This document shows positions 9,401-18,420 of a stretch of DNA of 64,000 nt, piece after piece. The stretch comes from a bacterium (GTDB lineage Bacteria > UBA8248): positions 2,080,001 to 2,144,000 of the forward strand of contig OZ244799.1 of assembly GCA_965219955.1 (NCBI GenBank), written 5' to 3'. Each line of letters begins with the position of its first letter. Position 1 is the stretch's first letter. The notes under the pieces were generated by a model. The model ran no database searches and was not told the DNA's origin. It saw only the letters and a list, made by a program, of their open reading frames with translations. The position numbers and the translations under genes were made by a program.

Positions 9401-9925
9401 ATGAAGCGAACACTCATCTGCATCATCGCCATCGCCGCTCTCGCCGTGTTCTGGACGTTCTACCAGGCGGGCGCATCGGGACTCGGGCCCGGCGCGCAAG
9501 CGCCCGAACTCAAGGGCGGGCCCTGGATTGGCGGAGAGCCCGTGAAGCTCGCCGATCTGCGCGGCAAGGTCGTTCTCCTCGACATGTGGACGTTCGCCTG
9601 AATCAATTGCGTGCGGGAGATCCCCACGCTGCGTTCGTGGCACGAGCGCTATGAAGACAAGGGGCTGGTCATCATCGGAAACCACGCGCCCGAGTTCAAC
9701 TTCGACAGGAAAAAAGAAAACGTGAAAGAAGCCATGGCCAAGCTCGGCATCAAATACCGCGTCGTGCTGGACAACGACTTCACCAACTGGGACGCCTTTC
9801 AGAATCGCTTCTGGCCGACGAAATACCTGATCGACAAGAAAGGGATCGTGCGCTTCAAGACGATCGGCGAGGGCAACCACCAGCGCACCGAGGCGATGAT
9901 CATGAAGCTGCTCGCCGAAAAATGA
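9401..9925 (+). CDS. TlpA/DipZ-like redoxin, probable selenoprotein (UxxC), UGA at 9599-9601
   Basis: ORFs 9401-9601 and 9611-9925 share a frame and join as 'KVVLLDMWTFA-U-INCVREIP'; N-terminal signal anchor; 'HAPEF' and 'NRFWPTKYLID' motifs. Confidence 0.9.
9609..9629 (+). promoter_or_regulatory. Candidate bacterial SECIS hairpin of the redoxin gene
   Basis: GCGUG-C-GGG-AGAU-CCC-CACGC; the loop has G at position 2 and starts 16 nt after the UGA. Confidence 0.6.
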
Positions 9926-10911
9926 TGGAAACAGAAGAAACGTCGCAACCGGAGAACGCTCCCGTATATCCATATTCGTCATTGCTTAGAATCACCCACT
10001 GGCTGAACGTGCCCCTCCTGCTCCTGATGATGGCGAGCGGGTTTCAGATATGGTGGGCGTACCCCGCCTTCGGGCCGGACAGGCCCAACCCCGAAGCCGT
10101 CTACGAAGCGCTGCGGGGATCGGAAACCCAAGCCGACCCGCGCGCCATCAACCTGGGCGCAGACTACAGGGTTTTCGTCCAGGGCCTCACGAAAACCTTC
10201 GGCATCGGCGAGTGGCTCGCGGGCGCGCTGCGCTGGCACTTCGCCCTCATGTGGCCCTACACCATCAACGGGCTGATCTTCCTGCTCCTGCTCCTGTTGA
10301 CGGAAGAAGGGAGGCACTACCGCATCACGCGGGCGGATTTCTCCGGCGCGAAAGAGATGCTGCTTCATCCGATAAAAACCTTCCATCATCCCCCCGGAGA
10401 GGGGAAATTCAACCCCATTCAAAAACTTGCGTACAACGTCGTCATACTGGCCGGTGTGCTCACCGTCCTGACGGGCCTCGCCATTTTGAAGCCCGTCCAG
10501 CTCGGTTGGCTGACCCGGCTTTTGGGGGGCTACCAGTCGAGCCGGTTCCTGCATTTTCTGGTGATGCTGTTCCTGGTCGTCTTCATGATCGGCCATTTCC
10601 TGATGGTGATATCCCACGGATGGCGGCGAGGACTCGCGCCCATGATCGTCGGGATCAAGGCGGAGCGCGACGCCTTTCGGGCCAGGCAACGGCAATTCGC
10701 CCGAAAACTCGGGCGCGCCGCCGAGGAGGCGGCGATCCTCGTGCTCGCCTTCTGGCTCGGAAACCTCGTTGCGGATATGATGAATGCGGTCTTGGGCGGT
10801 GAGGCTCAGGGCCTTTGGTTCGGCGCGCCGGGTTATCTCCTGGTCCGGTTTGGTTTCATGCGCGGACGGCGCGTCGGGGATTTTTGGCGCAAGGCGAGAA
10901 CAGGAAGCTGA
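9922..10911 (+). CDS. Cytochrome b/b6-domain membrane protein (Ni-hydrogenase/thiosulfate reductase cyt b-like)
   Basis: 'RITHWLN...MASGFQI', 'RWHF', 'KFNPIQKLAY', 'RFLHF...GH' provide heme-ligand His residues; ATGA overlap with the redoxin. Confidence 0.85.
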   Translation: MMETEETSQPENAPVYPYSSLLRITHWLNVPLLLLMMASGFQIWWAYPAFGPDRPNPEAVYEALRGSETQADPRAINLGADYRVFVQGLTKTFGIGEWLAGALRWHFALMWPYTINGLIFLLLLLLTEEGRHYRITRADFSGAKEMLLHPIKTFHHPPGEGKFNPIQKLAYNVVILAGVLTVLTGLAILKPVQLGWLTRLLGGYQSSRFLHFLVMLFLVVFMIGHFLMVISHGWRRGLAPMIVGIKAERDAFRARQRQFARKLGRAAEEAAILVLAFWLGNLVADMMNAVLGGEAQGLWFGAPGYLLVRFGFMRGRRVGDFWRKARTGS

Positions 10912-10914
10912 GGG

Positions 10915-11208
10915 ATGGGCACCGAAGAACGAACCGAATTCGTATTGCCGACCAGGCTGGCCAGGCGCAGGCTTTTCGCCGGCAGGCTGGTATTGGGCGT
11001 CGTCTGCATCAACGCCGCTCTGGCCTTGATCGCCGCTTATCTCCTGAGCGGGCCGATGGCCTGGATAACGCGCTTCCAGTTCGGGTTTCTGACGTGGGCC
11101 TGCATCTTGTATCCGACCTCTCTCGTCCTGGCCGTCCCGATCATCGCGCCCATCGTCATCAGGGTGCTGAAGCCGCCGCCTGAGGAGAACACCGGAGAGC
11201 GCAAATGA
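10915..11208 (+). CDS. Small membrane protein (2 TM)
   Basis: Two hydrophobic segments; closely spaced between the cytochrome b and Mo-enzyme genes. Confidence 0.6.
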   Translation: MGTEERTEFVLPTRLARRRLFAGRLVLGVVCINAALALIAAYLLSGPMAWITRFQFGFLTWACILYPTSLVLAVPIIAPIVIRVLKPPPEENTGERK

Positions 11209-12014
11209 AAAAAGGCGAAAAGCGAAACGTCTCCGGCGGGAACAAACCCACAGCTTCCCGGCGCGGATTCATGAAGATGCTTCTTGCCGCCGCCTCCGCC
11301 TTCATGGCCGGTTGCTCGCGCCTGAATGAAGAGCCCGGCGTGCAGGCCGTGCTGAGCTGGTTCGACCGCCTGAACCACAAGGTGGGTCTCATGACGGACA
11401 GCAACCACCGCCTGGCGCGCACCTACCCCCGAAGCGCCGTCCAGCCCGAACAGATGCGGCCCAACGGCTCGGTAGTCACGCCGAACTCCCGGATCATCGA
11501 GACCCCTCCCGAGGAGTGGAGCCTCGTCGTTGGGGAGGCCCATCTCAGAAACGGTCAGATGATGAAGCGCCACTGGGTGCGGGAATACACGCTTGCGCAG
11601 CTTCGCGGGATGCCCGTCCTCGAGCAGACCGTGGAGCACATCTGCGTCGAGGGCTGGAGCGCGATATGCCACTGGCGGGGGGTGCACCTCGCGCGCTTCA
11701 TCGAAATGCACAAGTTAAAACCCGAGAGCCGCTACGTGTTCTTCCTGTGCGACGACATGCTCGCCACGGCGAACGGGCACGAGCGCTACAGCGTGACGTT
11801 CGATCTCAAGCAGGCGATGCACCCGCAGAACGTCCTCGCGTATGAATACAACGGCGAGACGCTGCCCCCGGAACACGGCGCGCCGCTGCGCCTCGCCTCG
11901 CCCACGAACGTGGGCTGGAAGAGCGCGAAGTTCCTGCGCTACGTCTTCTTCACGAACGAGGACCTGGGCGGATTCTGGGAGAAGCAGGGCTACCCGCGCT
12001 ACTACGGCTTCTGA
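11205..12014 (+). CDS. Sulfite-oxidase-family molybdopterin oxidoreductase (MsrP/YedY-like), Tat-exported
   Basis: Twin-Arg motif SRRGFMK; Mo-ligand Cys in 'HICVEGWS'; 'LPPEHGAPLRL', 'GWKSAK', 'GGFWEKQGY'. Confidence 0.9.
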   Translation: MKKGEKRNVSGGNKPTASRRGFMKMLLAAASAFMAGCSRLNEEPGVQAVLSWFDRLNHKVGLMTDSNHRLARTYPRSAVQPEQMRPNGSVVTPNSRIIETPPEEWSLVVGEAHLRNGQMMKRHWVREYTLAQLRGMPVLEQTVEHICVEGWSAICHWRGVHLARFIEMHKLKPESRYVFFLCDDMLATANGHERYSVTFDLKQAMHPQNVLAYEYNGETLPPEHGAPLRLASPTNVGWKSAKFLRYVFFTNEDLGGFWEKQGYPRYYGF

Positions 12015-12192
12015 CGTTTCAGGGAGCCTCGACGAATTGCGCGGCCGCCAATCCGGCCCGATCTTCAAAGTAAATCTCACCTTCCGGGGTGTTGCCCCCC
12101 CTCCAAACAGGGAATGGATTTCTCAATCGACATTCCCTTGTGAATTGATTCCCGCCTTGAGAGTCACAGGCGACTGACTAAAGAGGAAGGAC

Positions 12193-12840
12193 CACTCCCC
12201 CTTGAGGGGGCTGTTGAAAAAGCCCTCCTCAAAGGAGCAACCCCCCCTACCCCCCCTTGTCAGGGGGGTAAAAAAAGCAAACCTTCCACCGGTGGAGCGG
12301 GGTTTTGGTTCTTCTGGCCGCCGACAAGGGGTTTGGTTCTTCATACCCCCCTGACAAGGGCCTGTTGAAAAAGTCTTCCGCGAGGAGGGAGGGAATCCCG
12401 ATCATCGAATTGTTTGCCGTAGGGACAGGCCTCCGTGCCTGTCCTGACGAAGGACAACCACGGAGGGTTGTCCCTACAACCGCCAACCCTCCTTTATCGG
12501 ACTTTTTCAACAACCCCGACAAGGGGGGGTAGGGGGGGTTGGTTTTCAAGAAGCGAGCCTGCGCCGCCCGGGCTCGGGTTTTGGCCGTCATTCCGGCGAA
12601 AGCCGGAATCCATTTTCGCCTTTGTCTTTGGCCTTTCGCCCGGCCGTACTCTCTCCCGCCCTAGGAAGATACGGGCACCGCCATATATATCCGCCTCATC
12701 CGTTCCGAATTCGGGCGCGCAGCTCCCTCCCGCGAGGCGGAGCTAAATGCGAAAACGAAAGCAAAAATCATAAAATGGATTCCGGCTTTCGCCGGAATGA
12801 CGGTGGTTATCCCACATCGAGGGACTTTCCCGACAGCCCC
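12193..12840. mobile_element. Nested MITE/REP mosaic B (inner element 12358-12517 with TSD GACAA)
   Basis: Outer termini GGGGCTGTTGAAAAAG and CTTTCCCGACAGCCCC; inner element inserted into CCCCCTGACAAGGGGG; GTAG-REP pair and GTCATTCCGGCGAAAGCCGGAATCC inverted pair. Confidence 0.85.
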
Positions 12841-12904
12841 TCACCCGGAAAATTGACGCTTCGCCGGGGACTTCGAAAGCCGGCTTGCCCCCGATTTTAA
12901 CCCC

Positions 12905-12932
12905 TTGACACCGGTCTGACGTAAGATAGAAT
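12905..12932 (+). promoter_or_regulatory. Sigma70-like promoter of the TRAP operon
   Basis: TTGACA-N16-TAGAAT upstream of dctP. Confidence 0.6.
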
Positions 12933-13057
12933 GAATCAGGGAAAACAAATCTTATCCAGAGAAATCACAGCGCAGGAGGTTACGGGGGCTCCTTATCAGC
13001 GAGGGAGAAGGATGCCCAAATTTGAGATTCGTCCAACTCGAAAGGAGGGAACTGCTG

Positions 13058-14119
13058 ATGACGATCAAGAAACTTACGACGATCGGGTTTATGATCTTTG
13101 CGCTGAGCGTCGCCCTGGTGGCGTCGGGTGTCGGCGAAGCGGACGCCGCGAAGCGCATACGCTGGAAAATGGCGAGTTGGTTCCCGAGCAAACTGACCCA
13201 GCTCGGCTCGATGGGCAAAGAAATGGTCGACCGTCTGGACAAGGTTTCGGGCGGCAACATCAAAATCAGGTTCTTCGAGCCCAACGCGCTGATCCCGGCC
13301 AAGGAGTGCTTCGACGCCGTTGCGAAGGGTTCGGTGGATGCGTGCTGGTCGACGCCCGGCTACTGGTACGGCAAGGAGCCGGCGCTCGCCATGTTCGCCG
13401 CCGTTCCCTTCGGACCCAGGGCAGGCGAATATATGGGCTGGATTTTCTACGGCGGCGGCATAGAGCTCTGGGATGCAATCTACAAGAAGCATGGCCTGAA
13501 ATCGCTGCCCTGCGGCGTCATCGCGCCCGAAGCGTCGGGCTGGTTCCGCAAGGAGATCAAGAGCATCGATGACCTGAAGGGCCTCAAGATGCGCTTCTTC
13601 GGCCTGGGCGCCAAGGTGATGGAGAAGGTGGGCGTATCGACCCAGCTCATCGCGGGCGGCGACATCTTCCCGGCGCTCGAGCGCGGCTCGATCGACGCGA
13701 CGGAATACTCGATGCCGGCGATCGACCTGAACCTCGGCTTCTACCAGGTGGCGAAGCACTACTACTTCCCCGGCTGGCACCAGCAGTCGACGGTCTTCGA
13801 ACTGTTGCTGAACAGAAAGAAGTGGGATGCGCTCAACGATACCCAGCGGGCGCAGATTGAGGTGTCGTGCGGCGACGCGTTCCGCCAGGGGCTCGCCGAG
13901 GGTGAGGCCATTCAGGGCAAGGCTCTGGTCGAACTCAAGAAGAAGGGCGTGACGATTCATCGCTGGCCCCAGTCCATCCTGGACACGCTGGAGAAGAAAT
14001 GGGCCGAAGTCGCCGCTGCCGACGCCGCGCGCGACGCGAACTTCAAGAAGGTATGGGAATCCTACAGCGCGTTCCGCAAGGAATACGCGGTATGGAAGGA
14101 CCTCGGATACTTAAGGTAA
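13058..14119 (+). CDS. dctP: TRAP transporter substrate-binding protein (TakP-like)
   Basis: AGGAGG RBS, signal peptide, 'GWFRKEIKSIDDLKGLKMRFFGLG', 'YYFPGWHQ'. Confidence 0.92.
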   Translation: MTIKKLTTIGFMIFALSVALVASGVGEADAAKRIRWKMASWFPSKLTQLGSMGKEMVDRLDKVSGGNIKIRFFEPNALIPAKECFDAVAKGSVDACWSTPGYWYGKEPALAMFAAVPFGPRAGEYMGWIFYGGGIELWDAIYKKHGLKSLPCGVIAPEASGWFRKEIKSIDDLKGLKMRFFGLGAKVMEKVGVSTQLIAGGDIFPALERGSIDATEYSMPAIDLNLGFYQVAKHYYFPGWHQQSTVFELLLNRKKWDALNDTQRAQIEVSCGDAFRQGLAEGEAIQGKALVELKKKGVTIHRWPQSILDTLEKKWAEVAAADAARDANFKKVWESYSAFRKEYAVWKDLGYLR

Positions 14120-14162
14120 TACCCATGTGACGGCGCTCAGCCGTCTCGCTTGAAAAACCCAC

Positions 14163-14203
14163 GGGCGCCGGAACCGTAACGGTCACGGTTCCGGCGCCTT
14201 TTT
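14163..14203 (+). terminator. Intrinsic terminator or stabilising hairpin after dctP
   Basis: GGCGCCGGAACCGT...ACGGTTCCGGCGCC followed by TTTTT. Confidence 0.75.
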
Positions 14204-14231
14204 CGCGTATGCTGCGCCGGGAAACCCATTG

Positions 14232-14810
14232 ATGCGGCAACTTTTTCGAATCCAAGAGTTTCTGGCCCGAATCGTGACTGGCGTCGGAAAGATCAGCGCT
14301 TGGCTCTCGATTCCGCTGATGGTCGTCATCATCTTCGACGTCGTGACCCGGCGCTTCCTGGTGCTGGGATCGACCAAGCTGCAGGAAGCCGAGTGGCACC
14401 TCCACGCGGTCCTGTTTCTGCTTTGCATCGGCTTCACCTATATCGAGGACGCCCACGTGCGTATCGATCTGCTCCGTGAGCGGTTGAGCACGCGCGCCAG
14501 GGACTGGGTCGAGCTCATCGGCTGCATCATCTTCGTGATCCCCTACTGCCTGATCGTCACCTATTTCGCCGAGGATTTCGTCGAAAGGTCCTGGGCCGTC
14601 GGCGAGGCCTCAGACTCCGCGACCGGCCTCCCCTACCGCTGGGCGATCAAGGCGGGTCTGCCGATAGGGCTCTTCGTCCTTCTTCTCTCTGGAATCACCG
14701 TTCTGCTGCGCAAGATCATCGAGTTGTTCGGCCCGGCGGACCTCCGCGAACTCCTCCCCCGGAAGGAAGAACGCGCGAGCGAACCGATCGACCGGATCGG
14801 GCAGAACTAG
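14232..14810 (+). CDS. dctQ: TRAP transporter small permease
   Basis: Four TM segments, 'LQEAEWHL', 'DAHVRIDLL'. Confidence 0.9.
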   Translation: MRQLFRIQEFLARIVTGVGKISAWLSIPLMVVIIFDVVTRRFLVLGSTKLQEAEWHLHAVLFLLCIGFTYIEDAHVRIDLLRERLSTRARDWVELIGCIIFVIPYCLIVTYFAEDFVERSWAVGEASDSATGLPYRWAIKAGLPIGLFVLLLSGITVLLRKIIELFGPADLRELLPRKEERASEPIDRIGQN

Positions 14811-14822
14811 GGACGCCTGCGC

Positions 14823-16187
14823 ATGTTCTATATCGAGGACTACCTGCCGGCCTGCATGTTCATCACGCTGGCGATTCTCCTGTTCTCCGGCTTCCCGGTC
14901 GGGTTCGTTCTCGGCGGCGTGGGCCTCGCCTTCGGCTTCATCGGCATGTATTTCGAGGTCTTCTCCCAGGTCGAGTTCTTCAACCTCGTCCTCCGCATCT
15001 GGGGTTTCGCCGACAACCTCGTTCTCGTGGCGATCCCGATGTTCATCTTCATGGGGACGATGCTGGAACGCTCAGGCGTCGCCGCCAATCTGCTCTACTG
15101 CCTCCAGGTGGTGCTGCGGCGCACGCCGGGCGGGCTCGCGCTCGCCGTTACGGTCATGGGGACCATCCTCGCGGCGACGACCGGCATCATCGGCGCTTCG
15201 GTGGTGATGATCAGCCTGATGGCGCTGCCGGTCATGGTCGAGCGCGAGTACAACCTGGAGCTCGCAACCGGCACCATCGCCGCCTCGGGCACGCTCGGGA
15301 TCCTGATACCGCCCAGCATCATGCTGGTCATCATGGCCGACCTCCTCGGGCGCTCGGTGGGCACCCTGTTCGTCGCGGCCATCTTCCCCGGCCTGATACT
15401 GTCGGGGCTTTACTTCCTCTACATCTTCACGAGATGCGCCCTCAGACCCGAACTGGCGCCGCGCCTGCCCAAGGAGATGGGCCCGCAGACATCGGGTGAA
15501 CTGGCCCTGCTGCTGCTCAAGGGCCTGGTGCCGGCGGTGTTCCTGATCGTCCTTGTCCTGGGGTCGATAGTCGCCGGCTGGGCGACGCCCACCGAGGCGG
15601 CCGGCGTCGGCGCGGCCGGAGCGACTTTTCTCGCCATCGTCAACCGGCAGTTGACCTGGTCGGTTCTCAAAGACGTGGTCGAGCGCACCTCGCTCACCAA
15701 CGCGATGCTGTTCTTCATTTTCGTCGGGGCGACCGCCTTCTCCTACGTCTTCCGCTCGCTCGGCGGCGACGACTTCATCCAGGACGTGATTTACTCCGTG
15801 GGGACCAACCCCTGGTGGATCCTGATGATCCTGATGGCGGTGGTGTTCTTCCTCGGGTTCTTCTTCGACTGGATCGAGATCACGCTCATCGTGCTGCCCG
15901 TGTTCGCGCCGATCCTCGCCGAGCTGGATTTCGGCGACCACCTGCCCAAGAGCGAGGTCATCTACTGGTTCTCGATCCTGATGGCGGTCAACCTGCAGAC
16001 GTCGTTCCTCACGCCGCCGTTCGGCTTCGCGTTGTTCTATATGAAGGGCGTCGCGCCGCCACAGGTGCGCCTCCAGCAGATATACCGAGGGATCATCCCC
16101 TTCGTGATTCTCCAGCTCATCGGGCTGGGGCTGGTCATCGTCTTCCCCGAAATCGCCATGTGGCTGCCGAGGGTGCTGCTCGACTAG
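14823..16187 (+). CDS. dctM: TRAP transporter large permease
   Basis: 'LVAIPMFIFMG', 'GTLGILIPPSI', 'ATPTEAA', 'NLQTSFLTPPFG'. Confidence 0.93.
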   Translation: MFYIEDYLPACMFITLAILLFSGFPVGFVLGGVGLAFGFIGMYFEVFSQVEFFNLVLRIWGFADNLVLVAIPMFIFMGTMLERSGVAANLLYCLQVVLRRTPGGLALAVTVMGTILAATTGIIGASVVMISLMALPVMVEREYNLELATGTIAASGTLGILIPPSIMLVIMADLLGRSVGTLFVAAIFPGLILSGLYFLYIFTRCALRPELAPRLPKEMGPQTSGELALLLLKGLVPAVFLIVLVLGSIVAGWATPTEAAGVGAAGATFLAIVNRQLTWSVLKDVVERTSLTNAMLFFIFVGATAFSYVFRSLGGDDFIQDVIYSVGTNPWWILMILMAVVFFLGFFFDWIEITLIVLPVFAPILAELDFGDHLPKSEVIYWFSILMAVNLQTSFLTPPFGFALFYMKGVAPPQVRLQQIYRGIIPFVILQLIGLGLVIVFPEIAMWLPRVLLD

Positions 16188-16579
16188 CGTATGGCCGCCT
16201 CCTCTGCTCCACACCCTGAACGCCTCACGAATCCAACGATTCACTGGAGATCCTGGCGTCTCGCCGCATGAACCGCGACGGATCATTTTTCTTCCCCCGG
16301 GCGGGCAATTTCTTTAGACTTGGGCTCTGACTCCCCGTCCCCACGGGGTTTCGGAGTCGCACCGCTACAGACAGGGGAGTTTCCCATGTTCGATGACCCT
16401 GTAACCTCTCCAGATACCGAAACGAAGCGGCTCCTTCGCTTCCCGCTGAAGTTCGTCGACCTCTCCGGCGCAACTTCTCCAATGCCACTCTCTCCGAAGC
16501 CCTCGGGCTTCCGCTCATCCCGCGTGGATACCGCCGCGACCTGCCGCCGTTTCGAAAAAACCAGACGGGGGGTCTACCG

Positions 16580-17506
16580 TTGACCGACAACCACAATAAA
16601 ATCCTGTTGACCGGCGCGACCGGATACATCGGGGGTCGGTTACGCCGCCGGCTCGAAGCCGAGTCTTGCGAGCTTCGATGCCTCGCGCGCCGCCCGGAAG
16701 CCCTCGAACCACAGGTCGCGCCGGGGACCGAGGTGGTGCGCGGCGACCTCTTGAGGCCGGAAACGCTCAACGCGGCCATGCGCGGCATATCCACCGCCTA
16801 CTACCTGGTCCATTCGATGGCGTCCGGCGGAGACTTCACCCGGGAAGACCGCGAGGCGGCCAAGGGGTTCGCATCCGCGGCCCGGGCCGCAGGGGTCGAG
16901 CGCATCGTCTATCTGGGCGGGCTCGGAAACGAGGATGCGTTGTCCGACCACCTTGCGAGCAGGCAGGAGGTGGGCCGGATTCTCCGCGAATCCGGCGTAC
17001 AGACGATTGAACTGAGGGCCTCGATCATCATCGGCTCGGGAAGTCTCTCGTTCGAGATGATCCGGGCGCTGGTGGAGAGGCTGCCCGTCATGGTGACGCC
17101 TCGCTGGGTTCGCACGCTTGCCCAGCCGATCGCCGTCGAAGACGTCATCGACTACCTCATCGCCGCTCTCGACACTCCCCCGGGGCGAAGCCTCATCCTG
17201 GAAATCGGGGGAGCCGACCGCGCCTCCTACGGGGACATCATGGCGGAATACGCCCGTCAGCGGGGACTGCATCGAGTGATGATCGCCGTTCCGGTGCTCA
17301 CCCCCCGCCTGTCGAGCCTGTGGCTCGCGCTGGTTACCCCCTTATACGCCAGGGTCGGGCGCAAACTCGTCGAAAGCCTCCGCAACGAGACGACCGTGAG
17401 CGATACGTCGGCTTTCGGGATGTTCGGCATCCGCCCGCGCGGTCTGGCCGAAGCGATCCGGCGTGCGCTGGCCGACGAAGAGCACGAGTTTGCGGAAAGG
17501 CGCTGA
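16580..17506 (+). CDS. Atypical SDR / NAD(P)H-binding protein (YbjT-like)
   Basis: 'ILLTGATGYIG', 'AYYLVHSM', 'IIIGSGSLSFEM', 'TPRWV...QPIA'. Confidence 0.85.
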   Translation: MTDNHNKILLTGATGYIGGRLRRRLEAESCELRCLARRPEALEPQVAPGTEVVRGDLLRPETLNAAMRGISTAYYLVHSMASGGDFTREDREAAKGFASAARAAGVERIVYLGGLGNEDALSDHLASRQEVGRILRESGVQTIELRASIIIGSGSLSFEMIRALVERLPVMVTPRWVRTLAQPIAVEDVIDYLIAALDTPPGRSLILEIGGADRASYGDIMAEYARQRGLHRVMIAVPVLTPRLSSLWLALVTPLYARVGRKLVESLRNETTVSDTSAFGMFGIRPRGLAEAIRRALADEEHEFAERR

Positions 17507-17517
17507 CCCGAGGCGTC

Positions 17518-17547
17518 TTGACAAGCCCGCGCCCGCTTCCCTATAAA
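17518..17547 (+). promoter_or_regulatory. Sigma70-like promoter for tRNA-Asn
   Basis: TTGACA-N18-TATAAA about 65 bp upstream of the tRNA. Confidence 0.55.
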
Positions 17548-17612
17548 CCCCTTACGCTTGGGAGCCGGCGCCGATTCCGCTAGAATGCCGACTCAAGCGA
17601 AACGCCTCTCAC

Positions 17613-17687
17613 TCCGGCGTAGCTCAACGGCAGAGCAATCGGCTGTTAACCGATGGGTTGTAGGTTCGAATCCTACCGCCGGAGCCA
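17613..17687 (+). tRNA. tRNA-Asn(GTT)
   Basis: Acceptor stem TCCGGCG/CGCCGGA, anticodon arm ATCGG-CTGTTAA-CCGAT, T-loop GGTTCGAATCC, encoded CCA. Confidence 0.97.
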
Positions 17688-17711
17688 GGTTTTTTGCGGT
17701 ATATCCCGCCC

Positions 17712-18062
17712 TTACGCTCCATCCGCTTTCGAGACGAAATCCGAGAGCGCCTCTTTCACGAGGGCGTTCATGCTGCGGCCCCTCAAGGACGCCATGCGGG
17801 CGAGTTTCTCATGAAGGTCCGCACCCGGCCGCACGTTGAACGAACCGCTGTAAGGCTTGTTCGGCTCGATTCCTTCCGCCTCGCACGTTTCGAGATAATC
17901 GCTCACCGAATCCTGAAATGCCTTCTTCAACCCTTTGGCGGTTTCGGCTTCGTATGTAATCAAATCCCGCACGTGCAGCACCTTGCCGTGCAAGGTCTCG
18001 CTTTCCTCGTCGTATTCAACGGATCCGAGATAATTTTTGAATTTCAATACCGCTCCGATCAT
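17712..18062 (-). CDS. hicB: HicB family antitoxin
   Basis: 'YLGSVEYDEE...LHGKVL..DLITYE...F..SV.DYL..C...G.EP.KPYSGSFNVR' plus a C-terminal RHH-like 'LHEKL...SMNALV'. Confidence 0.9.
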   Translation of the reverse strand: MIGAVLKFKNYLGSVEYDEESETLHGKVLHVRDLITYEAETAKGLKKAFQDSVSDYLETCEAEGIEPNKPYSGSFNVRPGADLHEKLARMASLRGRSMNALVKEALSDFVSKADGA

Positions 18063-18126
18063 CTTTGGCCCCTTTCCATCCCCGTGATCAAATCTAATGT
18101 CCCGTATTTCAGCATTCGGATGAACC

Positions 18127-18381
18127 TCACAACAAACCGCCTTCGTCCAACTTCTTTCTTACCTCGCGTATGATATATGGCTTCAACTTGTCTTCGGCAT
18201 GGGGCTGGTGAAGGAAAATCCGGGGAGCCAACGCATGAATGAATCTTCGCCGGGAGCCACCCGTTCTTCCTCCCGTTGACTGCCGATAGCCCAGCCCCTC
18301 CAATAACTGAACCAATTCGTTCCATGTAAAATTCTTTGGATTCTTCCTGAATTTATCCAGCAGCTTCTCGTGTTTACTCAT
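18127..18381 (-). CDS. hicA: HicA family toxin (mRNA interferase)
   Basis: 'MSKHEKLL...PKNFTWNEL..LL..LGY...GGSRRRF...HQPH....LKPY'; lies upstream of hicB. Confidence 0.9.
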   Translation of the reverse strand: MSKHEKLLDKFRKNPKNFTWNELVQLLEGLGYRQSTGGRTGGSRRRFIHALAPRIFLHQPHAEDKLKPYIIREVRKKLDEGGLL

Positions 18382-18420
18382 CGTTCTCTTGTCTGAATAT
18401 CATAGGTTCAAAGACAAATA

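Noticed and set aside
8909-9982. 357-aa ORF as a single protein
   Set aside because: Only the last 118 aa form a cupin; the rest is antisense shadow of the redoxin gene.
12123-12900. Short ORFs in repeat regions (e.g. MDSGFRRND, VGTGLRACP peptides), also at 23.6, 28.5-29.3, 39, 57.3, 59 and 61.4 kb
   Set aside because: They are translations of palindromic repeats with no RBS or protein-like composition.
16320-16583. 87-aa ORF or RNA element between dctM and the SDR
   Set aside because: No recognisable protein motif or riboswitch consensus, so it cannot be supported.
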